Assembly (NCBI GenBank): GCA_002189035.1 | Contig: CM007989.1 | Span: 7,378,001 to 7,442,000 of the forward strand | Length of the DNA stretch: 64,000 nt | Reading direction: 5' to 3' | Origin: Utricularia gibba | Lineage: Eukaryota > Plantae > Magnoliophyta | Shown: positions 1-11,520 of the stretch, in pieces | Layout of the letters: each line of letters starts with the position of its first letter | Position numbering within the stretch: the first letter of the stretch is position 1 | Translations under genes and position numbers: made by a program | Notes under the pieces: generated by a model | What the model was told of the DNA's origin: nothing | The model's input: the letters and a program-made list of their open reading frames with translations, nothing else | Databases searched by the model: none

Positions 1-1987
1 GCTTGTGTATGTATCTGAAAGAGGATCAAGATGCATCTAAATTAGGCTTGAAACTTCATGAGCATGCTTAGCAAGTAATCATAAACAGTCACTGAGCATA
101 ATAGGAAAACCCAATACTTGATTTCAAGGATTCTGGCTTGACAGCTTACTCACCTTGAAAATGGTGAGGCTTCTGAGTGATTCAGTCTTGGTCTTCGAAG
201 TGATAAATCCAACTGCGAGGCAGTATCTAACTTTTTGGAGCAAACCATTGCAGCAGAGCTTTCAACAGCTACATTGAGATGATTATCGAAGGAGTTGATC
301 AAATCGATTGCCTCCATCGAAGAATCCCTGAAGGTTTTATCATTTTGGGAGTTATTTTCTTCCTGACTTCTGCATTCTGAAATAAGTTCACTGCTTCTTG
401 GCCGTGAGAGTCCAGGGTAATCTTGCACATTTTCATCTCCATCATTCCCAGAGTCAGGCTTTGTGCACGAGCTCTATAGGAAAAGGGAAAACATGTGAGA
501 CATGAAAATCAGAATTGGAATCATGTACAAGACAACACAGAACTCTAGTTCCCAGACGTGGTGCATAAAAAATCTGCATGCCGGATTCTCAAGCATGGAT
601 TTATCGAGCTTGATGCATAGTACCTGAGCTTCGCTAGCTTTATCAGTGGATTCCCTGGATCGACGAGCGCACGCTAGACAACGACTTGAAGTGTTATCAC
701 TAGCAGCATTGTTCTCAGCTGACGCTTCATCCTTCTTTTGACCTATACTCTCATCAGGTGGTTCAAGGCCAGCAGTCGCAGCATTACTTGACTGAGATAA
801 GCACAGGAAAGAATACAAACGATGTTATCAAATGAAGGGACATCCAAACTAAGCAAGGACAAACAGAAAACTATAAACTCCAAATTTCGGGGCAGGGTAG
901 ACATGGTAAGACAGGCCTAATTGGTAACGGTAATAAGGACTGAGGTTGAGATTGACAGTGCATTTCCTATGAACATAAGGGTCATCAAAAAAAAGAAAAA
1001 AAAAATTCTATGTGACACAGCATAGACCGAGGATGTCCTAGTTGGTAAGAATATCGAAGTTGAGGTTCAGACATCAAACTGCTCTTCAAATTTAGGGAGT
1101 AAAATAAAATTCACTTTGTTTTTGCGGAAAAAGCCAATCAAGAGAACATACAGCCTGCCTCCTCCAAATATGCTGCCACAAGTTGCTCAGCTCATTTTTC
1201 CTAACAGGCTTCACAAGGAAGTCAGTAGCACCTTTCAGCATACACTTGTAGACAGTATTCACTGAGTCATGTGAAGACATCACTGCAATGCATATCAAAC
1301 ATGGGACTCCGAATAAATAGTTTGCGAGAAAAAAGCAGGGATTTTATGTAAAACGAGATGAAATTTGCATCATACTTATTACTGGGATATGTTTGCAGAC
1401 TTCATGCTCCATTACTAAAGAAAGAAGAGCATATCCAGATATCAAAGGCAGATCAACTTCTGTCAAAATGAGATCTATGTTACACGGCCGCTCTCTCAAT
1501 ACTTCCCACGCTTTTAAACCATCCGCAACTGCAGCAACTGAAACATTTGAAAAGCAAAGCACATGATTTACGTGAAAAGTTCATACGCTGGAAGAAACCC
1601 CTCTGAAAATAATGAAACACAAACACAATTTAAACTTGAAAACCTACCCACAGCAGTAAACAGACCTCGCGCATTGGAAACACGAAATCCAGAACTTTTT
1701 TCAAATACGCGATAGGTGTAATACAATCCCAGATCAACGTCCGATCAAAAAAACCCAGAACAAAATAGCAACAACCCACCTCTGTAACTGCATTTCCTCA
1801 GTAACGCCGCAATAATCTGCCTAGTTGAATCATCAGCTTCCACAAGAAGCACCCTGACCACCATTTTCGGAAGAAACCTCTCCCACATCACAACCGAAGA
1901 CGACGTACTCGCCACCGGCGCAAGCCCTTCCCTAAACGCTTTATCCTCGGTCGTCCCACCACCGGTGTAGATCACAGCCTCCCCCAT
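1..1987 (-). CDS. PRR5: Pseudo-response regulator (PRR5/PRR9 clade) clock gene; 3' part including the CCT domain lies beyond the window start
   Basis: Exons 1987-1780, 1537-1376, 1282-1152, 791-624, 473-154 and 14-<1, all with GT-AG borders. The pseudo-receiver reads [32 protein letters not shown]...ILTEVDLP (Glu at the phospho-Asp position)...[25 protein letters not shown]. It is followed by QLDLSLRR and SPFSRYIHK. The PRR5 versus PRR9 assignment is from recalled motifs. Confidence 0.93.
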
Positions 1988-2141
1988 CCTCCCAAATCCT
2001 CTTGTTCCCTTATACCACAAAAAAATCGTCTTCAGCAAAGAAGCAAAACAGATGCAATCCTGGAAGTCGCTCCACGGGTTATTCTCCTCCGGAAAACGGA
2101 ACCTTGCTCAAACCTTTGAAAACCATGGCGTGTCTCACCCA

Positions 2142-2150
2142 AAAATATCT
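2142..2150 (+). promoter_or_regulatory. Evening element AAAATATCT upstream of the PRR ATG
   Basis: Exact AAAATATCT 155 bp upstream of the ATG. A second core AAATATCT lies at 2757-2764 and a G-box CACGTGGC at 2949-2956. Confidence 0.55.
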
Positions 2151-3674
2151 GGAAACAGAGACCATATATTTTCCTTAGGTTTTGATGAATTTTTTTTTAT
2201 GGCATTTTACTCTACACTATTTTTAACCGCCACACACCCAACCCCATGGCTCACATTATTTATTAGCACCCTTGGACTTGCCAGTATTTTCGTGGACCAC
2301 TCTATAAATGTGCATATTTACATTTTAATCCCACCACATGTCTTCTGATGTTGATGTAATCATGTTGTATAAAATCATTAATTTCTAATTTTAAAAATTA
2401 AAAATAGCAAATACAAATTTTGTTGAACACAGCTTTAGTGTTTAAACATTTTTTTTTTGAAATTAACATTCAAAAAGTATTTTTATTACGAATAATTCTA
2501 TTTTACTTTTTTGAATGTTTTCAAAAAAATCATATAATGTTGGATGCATAATATAGTCCACATCTAGATGCATTGCCTGTGTGGTCATTTAGAAAAGTGG
2601 TCATAAGGCATTTCTTCTTCATACACTAAAAAAACAGTGGTCAAATTTATAATATATCCATTGCATGTGTCCCTTTACTAATTTATTCTGGGAATAAGAT
2701 AAAATGGAAAATAGGAGGAGAATAGGGACTGGGGTGCAAATATGGGCGGAACAAATAAATATCTGGAACAAGACTCACAACGAGTGGCCCAGAACCGCCA
2801 ATCCGGTAAAAAGGGCTGCGCCCGTGGAAAATAATAATGAGAATAAATAAATCATTTCTGTGATTGACAAGTGGACTCCGGAAATAAATATCGGGACGAG
2901 TGGGCCCCACGGGGCGATATTTTAAACCAACTGTGGCCAGGATCCCGACACGTGGCATTCGCTGTGAGGGGTGGTACCTCGGATTTGTGGCGTCGGAGGC
3001 GCCCACGTCTCTGATACCAACCTTCCAGTTTTCCAGCATTAAATAAAAAAAAAAAAATTGACCCAATTGTTCTATAATTTAAAATCATAAAATAATAGGG
3101 AAAAAAAGGACCAAACTGAAAGGGAGTTTGCTGAGGGAGATCCAACAACCACATGCAAAATGAGAAACGGGAGTTCCTCCATCCGGAATGGATGATGAGT
3201 AGTCAATTTTTCTCTTTTTTTTTCTCCTCCTTTTTTTTCCTATTTATGCATTTATTTAGGTAGTCAATTTTTTTCCTATTTATGCATTTATTTTATGTAG
3301 TTAGGTATTTTAAAACCGAATTTCAATCTATTTTTCGTTTTATTCATGACTGGACATTTAATGATAGGTGAATTTAATTCAATCTATTGAAAAATAAAAT
3401 AATGATTTAAATTTTAAATTTATTGATTTTTTTTACTTTTTATATAAATTTATTAAATTAAACCCTAAAAATCATGAATTTGGATTGAATTGGATCTTAA
3501 AATTATAGGAAGCTCCATGCCTTATGAATGGGCCTCTTAATGAGTCCCATATGTTGGGCTTTGACTGCTAAAACCCCAAGTGGTGGTGTGAGTTAAGGCC
3601 CATATTGTAGCCCACTATTAACTAACCAGGGGAATAGATAAATATATGCTTTTTCGTTGTTGGACAAACGAGTC

Positions 3675-5096
3675 TTAGGTCAGTCGGAGGAGGGCCGCGG
3701 CTTCATGGCAGAAAGTGGGGCTACCGCAGACGCTGCCATCCGAATGAGAGATCAGAGTCGTCTGAAGTACGCCAGAAGGAGACGACGCCGTTGTCGCTGC
3801 AGCGTTGATCGATTCAGGGGGCGTCCCTGCTGGAGGTCCCAGCTGAAGCGCCTCCGCCAGCGGCCCCCCTCCGATCAGAAGCTCCAATGGCAACGGCCTC
3901 ATCCATCCGGATTCCTTCCTACCTTCTTCCTCCTTCCCACCCTGCCTGCCTACCGGAAGGTTCGGAAATGGTGAAATATCTGGAGGTTGTTCTTGGTTGA
4001 GGAGACGTGCGTACCCCTGGTCCAAGTGATGGTGATCCTCAGCCATGATCGGCTCCATTGCCCTTCAGTTTCAGACCACGGGTCAAGTTAAACGAATGAG
4101 TAGAAATCTGGGTGCATGCGCCAGTAAAGTCTGTCTATGAGATAAACCTGTTTGCAGCGTCTCTAGAATCAGAATGCCAGCCGAGAAGAGGAGGATGACG
4201 ATCATTTATTGTAAGAAGATCCTGTGAAGAAGCAGCAGCACAGCAGGTTTTGTGGGTAGTTCTCATTTTCTTACAGTCGCTCTTCTGGGTCGCCTTGTCG
4301 TCCGGTGGCTTTCTTGAACGCGGACGCGCTCTATGGAGATGACGCTCGCAGTACTTCTGATGCGGCGCCACTTCTCTCGCACACCTCCATTTTTTACCAT
4401 CTGTTCTCTTACATCTCCCTGGCTCCAAATTTGAGCTCCTCAGACGCATCCCTGAAACACAGTTTGATCCCATTTCCGGTTCAAATACGATTGCCACAAA
4501 CTGGATGTAATGGTAACGAAAATATATTTACAGGAAGAAGAGGACGAGGAACCAGCTTCCACGGATTGAGATCCCAAGTTTCTGAAAAGTGGGTAGAGAA
4601 GTTCAGGAGGCACAGGTAAACAAGAAACCATGTATTTGTAAATAGCAGCTTGTCTTTCGAGCTCCTTCCATTGAGCAAATGTGAAAGGGAACCCAATTCC
4701 AGCAGCCATGGCTGCAAAATTGCGACGTAGAAGAGCAGAAAGAAATGAATGGCGTAGCTGGTGAATCAAAAGCCCATACTATCAAAATCTCTGATTTCTC
4801 ACCCCCACAATGGCATAAACCATTAAATGTACCTGGGGATTTGTAAGAAAAATCGTCAAAAAGCTGTTGGTTTACATGAGTGTTGGCACCACCACCCCCA
4901 CCGCTCGTCAAATTTCCCGCACGGTGGCATAAATCACTCAACCCCTTCCCCTCACCGGCTCCACCGCCAAAAAACTGCAGTTCTCAGAGTCACCCTTCTC
5001 GGACAAAATCATGAACCTTGTCAACAAATGGGAAGATTTGGGTTTATTCTTTTCAGAAAGGCAGAGCCCAGTGGCATTCGGGCCGTCATTTTCCAT
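3675..5096 (-). CDS. GRF: Growth-regulating factor (QLQ + WRC + GGPL); exon 1 has an apparent 1-nt deletion in a T6 run
   Basis: Exons 5096-4833, 4711-4532, 4451-4148 and 4062-3675. QLQ: [33 protein letters not shown]: [29 protein letters not shown] (CX9CX10CX2H). C-terminal motifs GGPLAEAL and SSPSGVLQ. The exon 1 frame joins the QLQ frame only if the run at 4969-4974 has 7 T. Confidence 0.92.
4300..4320 (-). promoter_or_regulatory. Degenerate miR396 target site in the GRF
   Basis: The sequence is CGTTCAAGAAAGCCACCGGAC (RSRKPPD); the canonical GRF site is CGTTCAAGAAAGCCTGTGGAA (RSRKPVE). Confidence 0.85.
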
Positions 5097-6022
5097 TTTC
5101 CTGAAGCGAGGAAGCAAGCGTTTCAAGACACGTTTCCGAGGAAGTCATAAATGGAGACGAAGAAGAAGACGAAGGTACTTACCGTGTGAATGCTTGTTAT
5201 GGGGTAAGCACAGCACGTGGGTGTGGGTGAGAGGGAAGCGGACGTAAGACGGCAATAGAATGAATATAAATTTGAGGGTGTGGACGTGAGGCTGATGAGG
5301 GTTTGGATTTAGCAATGATTTGTCGTTGCCGCCATTATCGACCTCTGCTCTGCTCTGCTTCCCTTCTTCCAACATTCCGCACCGCACCGTTGGACCGAAC
5401 AATCCTCCAATTAAACGAAAGAAATACATGTGATATACCACGTTTGCCCTTACCTTCTCTTCCATCGAACCGAGACAAACGTTGGTTCACTGGAAACGGG
5501 GACGGGGCCAATGCTGTAATTTCCCATCACAAAGATACATATACTAACCAAATATATCTCTTTACGGGTATTTTTTTTTTACAAAAAAATACCCCATACA
5601 ATTGTACCGGTATAGGGTTACAAAGAATTATTTTTTTTTATTTATTCATTTGGGCTTCGGAATTATTTTGTTTAGGGGCCCAAAGGCCCACTAGCCACAT
5701 GCCTCAGCAGTCAACACGCCTCACTCTTATGCATACAGGAGTCATTAGTGAAGGTGACTGAACAAACCAAACGTGTTCGTGGTTTGAACCAGTTATCGAA
5801 TGCTGTTCTAACATAAAATTTTGTTCGAAATCCTTATTAAACCAACACAAACACTTCACAATTGAAAAACATTTTTTTTTAGAAAGTGTGACTATTTGGT
5901 GATGTAACAATCCATGTTTAATTTATAAGATATTATTCGTTTTAAACATTTAATTTTTACGATTTCATATTTTTTTCATCTTTTACCTATGTTTCCAAAA
6001 GATCACACATGCTCACTTTACT

Positions 6023-6147
6023 TCAAGTCAAATACATTTAACTTTATAAATTCTTTTAAAGATCATATTTCATACTGGATAACCTTTTCACCCTTACTCA
6101 AGTCAAATACGTTTGACTTTATAAATTCTACTAAAGATCATATTTCA
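6023..6147. repeat. 50-bp direct repeat (2 copies, 75-bp period)
   Basis: 6023-6072 and 6098-6147 match at 46 of 50 positions (tcaagtcaaatac...ctttataaattct...aaagatcatatttca). Confidence 0.8.
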
Positions 6148-7019
6148 AATACGTAGTCATTCTACTCAATTTCATCTTATTCCCCATCTATAATGATGCG
6201 TCATTCACCTAAAACCCTTTCACCTTCACTCAATATGCGGCATCAAAGGGTGAGCAAGTACAAGATGACAAAGCCATTTGTGCCACGTGCACCGGGGGGG
6301 CCGCGCACAGTGACAAAACTCACGTTCCAAACCTATTTATATGATAATTTTGAGCGTATAATCTTTTCATAATAGCAGTAAATAATAAATATAAATAATG
6401 GGTTGTCGAAGTATTTTATGTATTGAAAATTCAGGGAGTAGTATGCTACATTATCAAGTTATGTTATTCTATATGTCATTAAAGTCCGGTCATTTTGAAA
6501 AATTGATATACTAAAATAAAAAATTAACATTTAAAATGATATAATCTTGAACCCCATATTGTTTCAATGGTGGTTCCAAGATCACTACCCCATTTTCAAC
6601 ACGTTGTAGTGCACGAGTGAAGCAATTGATGGATACCCCAAGGCTACATAAACCCTGAAATCAGACAAAGAACAACATCACATCCATGAGAAGTAGTGGC
6701 AAGTGATTTCCCTAAAACGACACGGCACCCTGTCGGGGGTTGTACCTTAAGTGCAGCTGGTAAGCTTGCTTTTTCTTAAACATGAAAGACTTTTAGTAGT
6801 TGCTAGAAAGAAAAAGACGTTGAAGCAACAGCCAGAATTGCACTCAGTGCAGAAGATGTCGAGCTTTCTTTCTTGAAAAGATGATGAGAGAGGTGGTATC
6901 AGAGATATAACGCATCTTGCTTCCTGGTCATCGTTCCAGCAGACATGAGCAGCATCTGCTACTGGACTCCAGGCTACTGAGTTTACCGTGGGCTCGGCCC
7001 ATAGGAAGATGAATGCTGG

Positions 7020-7096
7020 GAATCAGCAGCAAACCCTCCTGTTGTCTGTTTTCTAATCCCACTGGGTTATCAGATCCAGGAAGGATCACATCATTC
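7020..7096 (-). ncRNA. Possible box C/D snoRNA-like element (unverified)
   Basis: The minus strand has a near box C (ATGATGT), an internal CTGA (D'), a terminal CTGA and a short GAA/TTC closing stem over 77 nt. TGATCCTTCC before D' is complementary to GGAAGGATCA at the 18S rRNA 3' end (10 nt). I could assign no target for the D-box guide. Confidence 0.2.
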
Positions 7097-10000
7097 TAAC
7101 ACGGAGGAGGGCCGGAGTGAGCCTCAGCCACTCCCTTCAAGTTGTGTAGAAGATAAACAAGGTCCAGTTGCATTCTACGGAGCATATTGCTTTGGCCTAC
7201 GCGGCCGACAAGCCACCTGACTACAGGGTTGGAAAGGACACGCTCATTAAAACCCTTAATCAGGCAGTCGTCGAACCCCGAAGCTCCGCTACCGTTGTTC
7301 AAGGCACAGAGAAGCTTCTGAGAAGGAAAAACCAGTAAGCAGAGACAAACCGGCTTTTGAACCGGGTAGATGCGAAACTCCTCTTTCCTTTTTAAAATAT
7401 ATTCCACGCCCCAACGTGCTTAAAAGCAAGTTGGGGAAAAGGGACAAGATATCTCCACTTGCTCCTTCTGTGTGGCGAACAATGATATGAAATTCATAGT
7501 TAGGTATTCAAGTTCCAGCCTTGAGTAGGTGACGTTGCGACAAAGGTATTAAATTGAGGCGCTGTTAGTTCACTAAACCCTAAACTTACTGTAATAATAA
7601 TATACAATCTGTTAACTTATTATTTTTCAAATGAGTGCAGGGAACTTAAATGTGTCTGAAATCATCACCCCTCCAACTGCAGCCTGTGATGTCAATTTGT
7701 GCAGGCTTTGTTTACTCATCGGCGGTAGAATCGAACCAGCCGGACCCCGCCAATTGCCTACCGGAGACTGATCAGATCAAATCAAGGCTTTAATGCCGGA
7801 CTGATAACTCACTTCCCTTCACCTTGCTGCTTCTTCGAATGGGTAAATTTAAGACGGGGGTGCACAGGAAGACAAAATAACTCGATGGCTGTCTCCTCAC
7901 AAATAGCGCAGATAATTCATCCTGAAATCCCGAGTTGATGCTCCCCGTTGTACTGACGATTTACCGGTCCGGCGTTGGAAAACGAAAACCCCCTCTCTGA
8001 AACTCTCGGAAGATATTGAGCTGTTGCGGAAACGGTATCTAGCGGAACTAATAACACAGATTCTTCTGTTCTTCCCAGACTCTTCCTTCTTGGGTTCGAT
8101 AAAGATCGGAATGCTTCGAGTCTTGGTGCTTGGCTGGCCTCTTTCGGAACGCATTGGCTAATCTTTCTCAAAAATATCACGGAATGCGGCAAATACCCCC
8201 CAATTTTGTTTATTTCATTTGTAATTTAACCTAAATTATCAAAAAAAAGTTAGATATTCTTTACATTTTACCTCAGTTTTATGATTTTCGTATTTATATT
8301 ATTAACAAATTTTTTAGATGTATTTTTAATATATTAATATTATTAATTTATTTTGGATTTAAAATTTAAAAATTTCAATTTCTAATAGGATTTGATGTCT
8401 AGGGTTTCATTTTTTGGGGGGTTTTGCATTTAAATTATTTTATAAATTAATACTTGAGATATTTTGTAAATGATACTTACACAAAAGTTATTTTGCAAAC
8501 AAAAATTAAAAGTAGAGTATTTGACAAAGAAATAAAATGGGATAGTTTTATGGTAACCATCATTACTTGAAGGTTAAAAACATTAGAACAAATAATCACA
8601 CATTAAAAAATTAAAAATTTATAGTCAAATATATAATAGATTGAATATCATTAGTCATTAATTGAAAGAAATTCATATATATTGTATACTTGAAATTTAC
8701 ATATGTGCACTCAGATATATTAAACCATTAATTTCAACATACTTTTAGAGTATTTGACTTACTGAAATAACTTGAATAGTTTAGATGAATTTCATACTAG
8801 TTTGAGTTTCAGCTAAAAAAAAAAAAGAAATACACTAAATTTGACACAAATTAGATTAATTTATGATTCGAGCAATTTTTATAATTAGACCAAGAATTCA
8901 ACACAACATGGGTATTAAACCAAATAATTTACATTGAAAAAATAAATTAACATGGTCAAGTACATAAAATGTTCTAGATCACTAGTAATTAAATGAATTA
9001 TATTTCCAATGTAATCTACGTTCTGGGAATATGCGACACATTCTGTTACATCCACAGTTTGTAAAAAAATGCAAGCATCTTGTATTGTCCTCGCCCCTCG
9101 CCCCCTCGCCCCCTCGCCCCCACCAACGTACCATAACTGCAAGTGTCTCATATATAAATATTTCCGCAATATTAAAAAAATGATGCATGTGAGCTGTCTT
9201 TCTTACCGACATGCACTTTCACAAATAAATACACAAACCTACAAATCTGGCTAATTATTAACATGGGTTCACCCTTCAAGACTTACTGCGTTTTATCTAT
9301 ATTAATTATATTTTAATTTAATTTTTGTAACGTTTTGCTTTTTTTAATAATTTCTGATATTATTCGCATGCATGAAAATTAGTATCGCACGCACACGTGC
9401 ATTGAATATAAATAGTAGTTGATTTATGGAAAAATCAGTCATTATAAAATAAGGGCAAAAAATTCCATTTTGAGAAACAAATGTGGTATTTTTTTCATTT
9501 TTCCTTTTTTAATTGCACATTAATTCACTATAGAAAAATACATTGGGAAGGATTTTCAAACATAGTTGACAAGCTATATTTAAAATTCGTTATATAATTT
9601 ATTTGAAAATAATTAATACCTCGGAATTATATAATTTCAATAAATTGCTCGACAAGCTTTCATTTTTCCATGTCTGAACAACCACCTGACCTTGATACTT
9701 CTTCTAAGATGTCATGTCCATAATTTCACATATTTGGTTTTCCTTTTTTTCTCAAAAAAAAAAAAGAATAGTGAAAATTACATCTGTCGAAAAAAATTAT
9801 TTCGTACAATTGAAGGGGTGGGGTGAATACTTTAATAATTCATTAATTTTTTTTAATCAGTAAAACCTTTTTTTATTTTTTAAAGAAAAAAATTTAAGAC
9901 AAATCATTATTATAAATTCAAATATATTAAAACTAAAATCATTTTCTGTTAGGTTATGCATTCCCATCTAATAAAAAAATAGCCAACTGCTTTCTGTATA

Positions 10001-10192
10001 ACAAATGGGCAAGAAATGGGGAATCTTGTTTGAGCATTTTATGGTATTGAAAGTGATTTTATGTGTGGTATCGCTCTTCGTCATGGATTACGTGAGCAAT
10101 TTTACAATTTTCAATAATCTTGGGCACATACAAGAAATGGAAGATGGAACATGGATCAGACAGAATTGGAATGGAGGTTGGAGTTAAGGTTC

Positions 10193-10752
10193 TCATGGAA
10201 GGTCAATGGGATATTCGAATGGGGATCCAGAGCTCACCTCGGATACTCTCCAGATGTACCGCAGGTAAGAATCCCAGTCGCTGTAACTGGGCGAGTCGTT
10301 GGGTAACTCCGGCAAATCGAAAATTGGGTCATCGTCTCCGCCGTCAACTGACCCGAAGCGGCTTGAGGATTCCTGGGTACTGCCGGATTCGACTGGATGT
10401 GGGATTACAATTGGCTCAGGGGCTTCACAGAAAGCGGCGGCCTTCATTGCGGCGGCCTGGATGTCCTTATGGGACTTGGAAGCTGGCCGTGGGAGCAACT
10501 CGGCTAATTCCGGGAAATTGAGGTGGGCGCTCCGACCCTTGATGGCTAATGCGGCGACATCGTGGGCTCGGGCCGCCATCTCCGCCGTGGCGTATGTTCC
10601 AAGCCATATCCTCGTAGGCTTCTTGGGTTCTCGAATCTCGGTCACGTATTTCCCCAAGCCCGCTTCCGAACGCCACGGTACTTCTTCTCGCCAGAGTCTT
10701 CTTCGGCGCCGTGCACCGGAGCAAAGGCGATTGCTCTCTCATGATTTTCCAT
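10193..10752 (-). CDS. Intronless AP2/ERF factor, DREB A-4 (TINY-like), with an apparent 1-nt deletion at the start of the AP2 domain
   Basis: ATG 10752 gives MENHERA...[12 protein letters not shown]. The frame then shifts at 10649-10655 to [43 protein letters not shown]-type V14/E19 are present, as is the A-4 motif LPRPAS..KDIQAAA. Stop at 10193. Confidence 0.88.
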
Positions 10753-11186
10753 GAAACAGATGAAACCCTATACTTTTTTTTGGAGCAACATGGTTTAATT
10801 CTAATTTATAAAACCGTGTTTGCAAGCAGTGTGGCCTATGAACGTGATATGCCACCCATATCACTTCTGAATGGACCCATTTGGCATTGCCTCCAAGATC
10901 CCATTTTTACTCATTTGAAAACATTGGCCCCTCGGTTACTACCCTTGAAATTAAAGGATCATAGATGAAATGAACATAAGTGAAATCCAAATACACAATA
11001 AACATAAATCACATTAAAAATACTATTAGTTATATATAATTTGTTATATTTCACTTTTATTTCTATTGTTTATTCTAATAACTTCTAGTTCATCTGGTTT
11101 CCAATGATTCCTACTGTTCAACAGAAGCAGCTATGGAAGAAACCCAGATACCAGTGTCCTTCAATAAGGTAAATAAGCGGCATCGC

Positions 11187-11236
11187 GGGGGGGGGGGGGG
11201 GGGGGGGGCTGGTGACCTATCTATCTATCTATCTAT
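11187..11236. repeat. G22 homopolymer followed by a (CTAT)5 microsatellite
   Basis: Read directly: G run at 11187-11208, CTAT x5 at 11217-11236. Confidence 0.9.
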
Positions 11237-11279
11237 CCATCGTAGGCAAGGCACCCCAATAATTGAGAATTAAGCATGT

Positions 11280-11520
11280 GTGTGGCAACTGTCTTCTTTG
11301 CCGCTTGGCCCATTGCGTTTGGGCCATTTCTGTGTTGATGCAGCAGCCAGATCTTGCGGTTCTTCTGGTGAAAAGGGCGTCTGTAATGGCTCTGAAGCGA
11401 GCTATAATGACGGGATTCAATTCTGGCATGTGGGCGAATTGTTTAATAGCTTTATACGCGGGGATGTGAATCACGTGTTGGTGCAACATGGCCCAGTTGC
11501 TCCTGCGCAGCATTGCACCG
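11280..11520 (+). mobile_element. Possible eroded RNase H-like fragment of a non-LTR retrotransposon
   Basis: One frame gives W..LP.G...CVDAA and SFIRGDVNHV, which resemble the plant LINE RNase H motifs W.PP..G..K.NVDAA and SFVRREAN.VAH. The similarity is weak and judged by eye. Confidence 0.25.

Noticed and set aside
3009-3019. tRNA-iMet primer-binding-site-like TGGTATCAGAG on the minus strand (also on the plus strand at 6894-6904)
   Set aside because: Neither copy follows an LTR end (CA), and I found no paired LTRs, polypurine tract or gag/pol remnants.
6649-7585. Telomerase-RNA template-like motifs (TAAACCCTGAA near 6649, CTAAACCCTAAAC at 7573; also CCCTAACC near 19821)
   Set aside because: There is no upstream USE (TCCCACATCG) plus TATA and no recognisable plant TR pseudoknot or terminal stem. 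The 7575 motif is adequately explained as a telo-box.
7728-7737. tRNA T-loop-like GGTTCGATTC on the minus strand
   Set aside because: No D arm, anticodon arm or acceptor stem can be built around it.
9387-9418. Helitron 3'-end-like hairpin GCACG...CGTGC
   Set aside because: The required CTRR terminus is absent (ATAG instead) and I found no 5' TC end.
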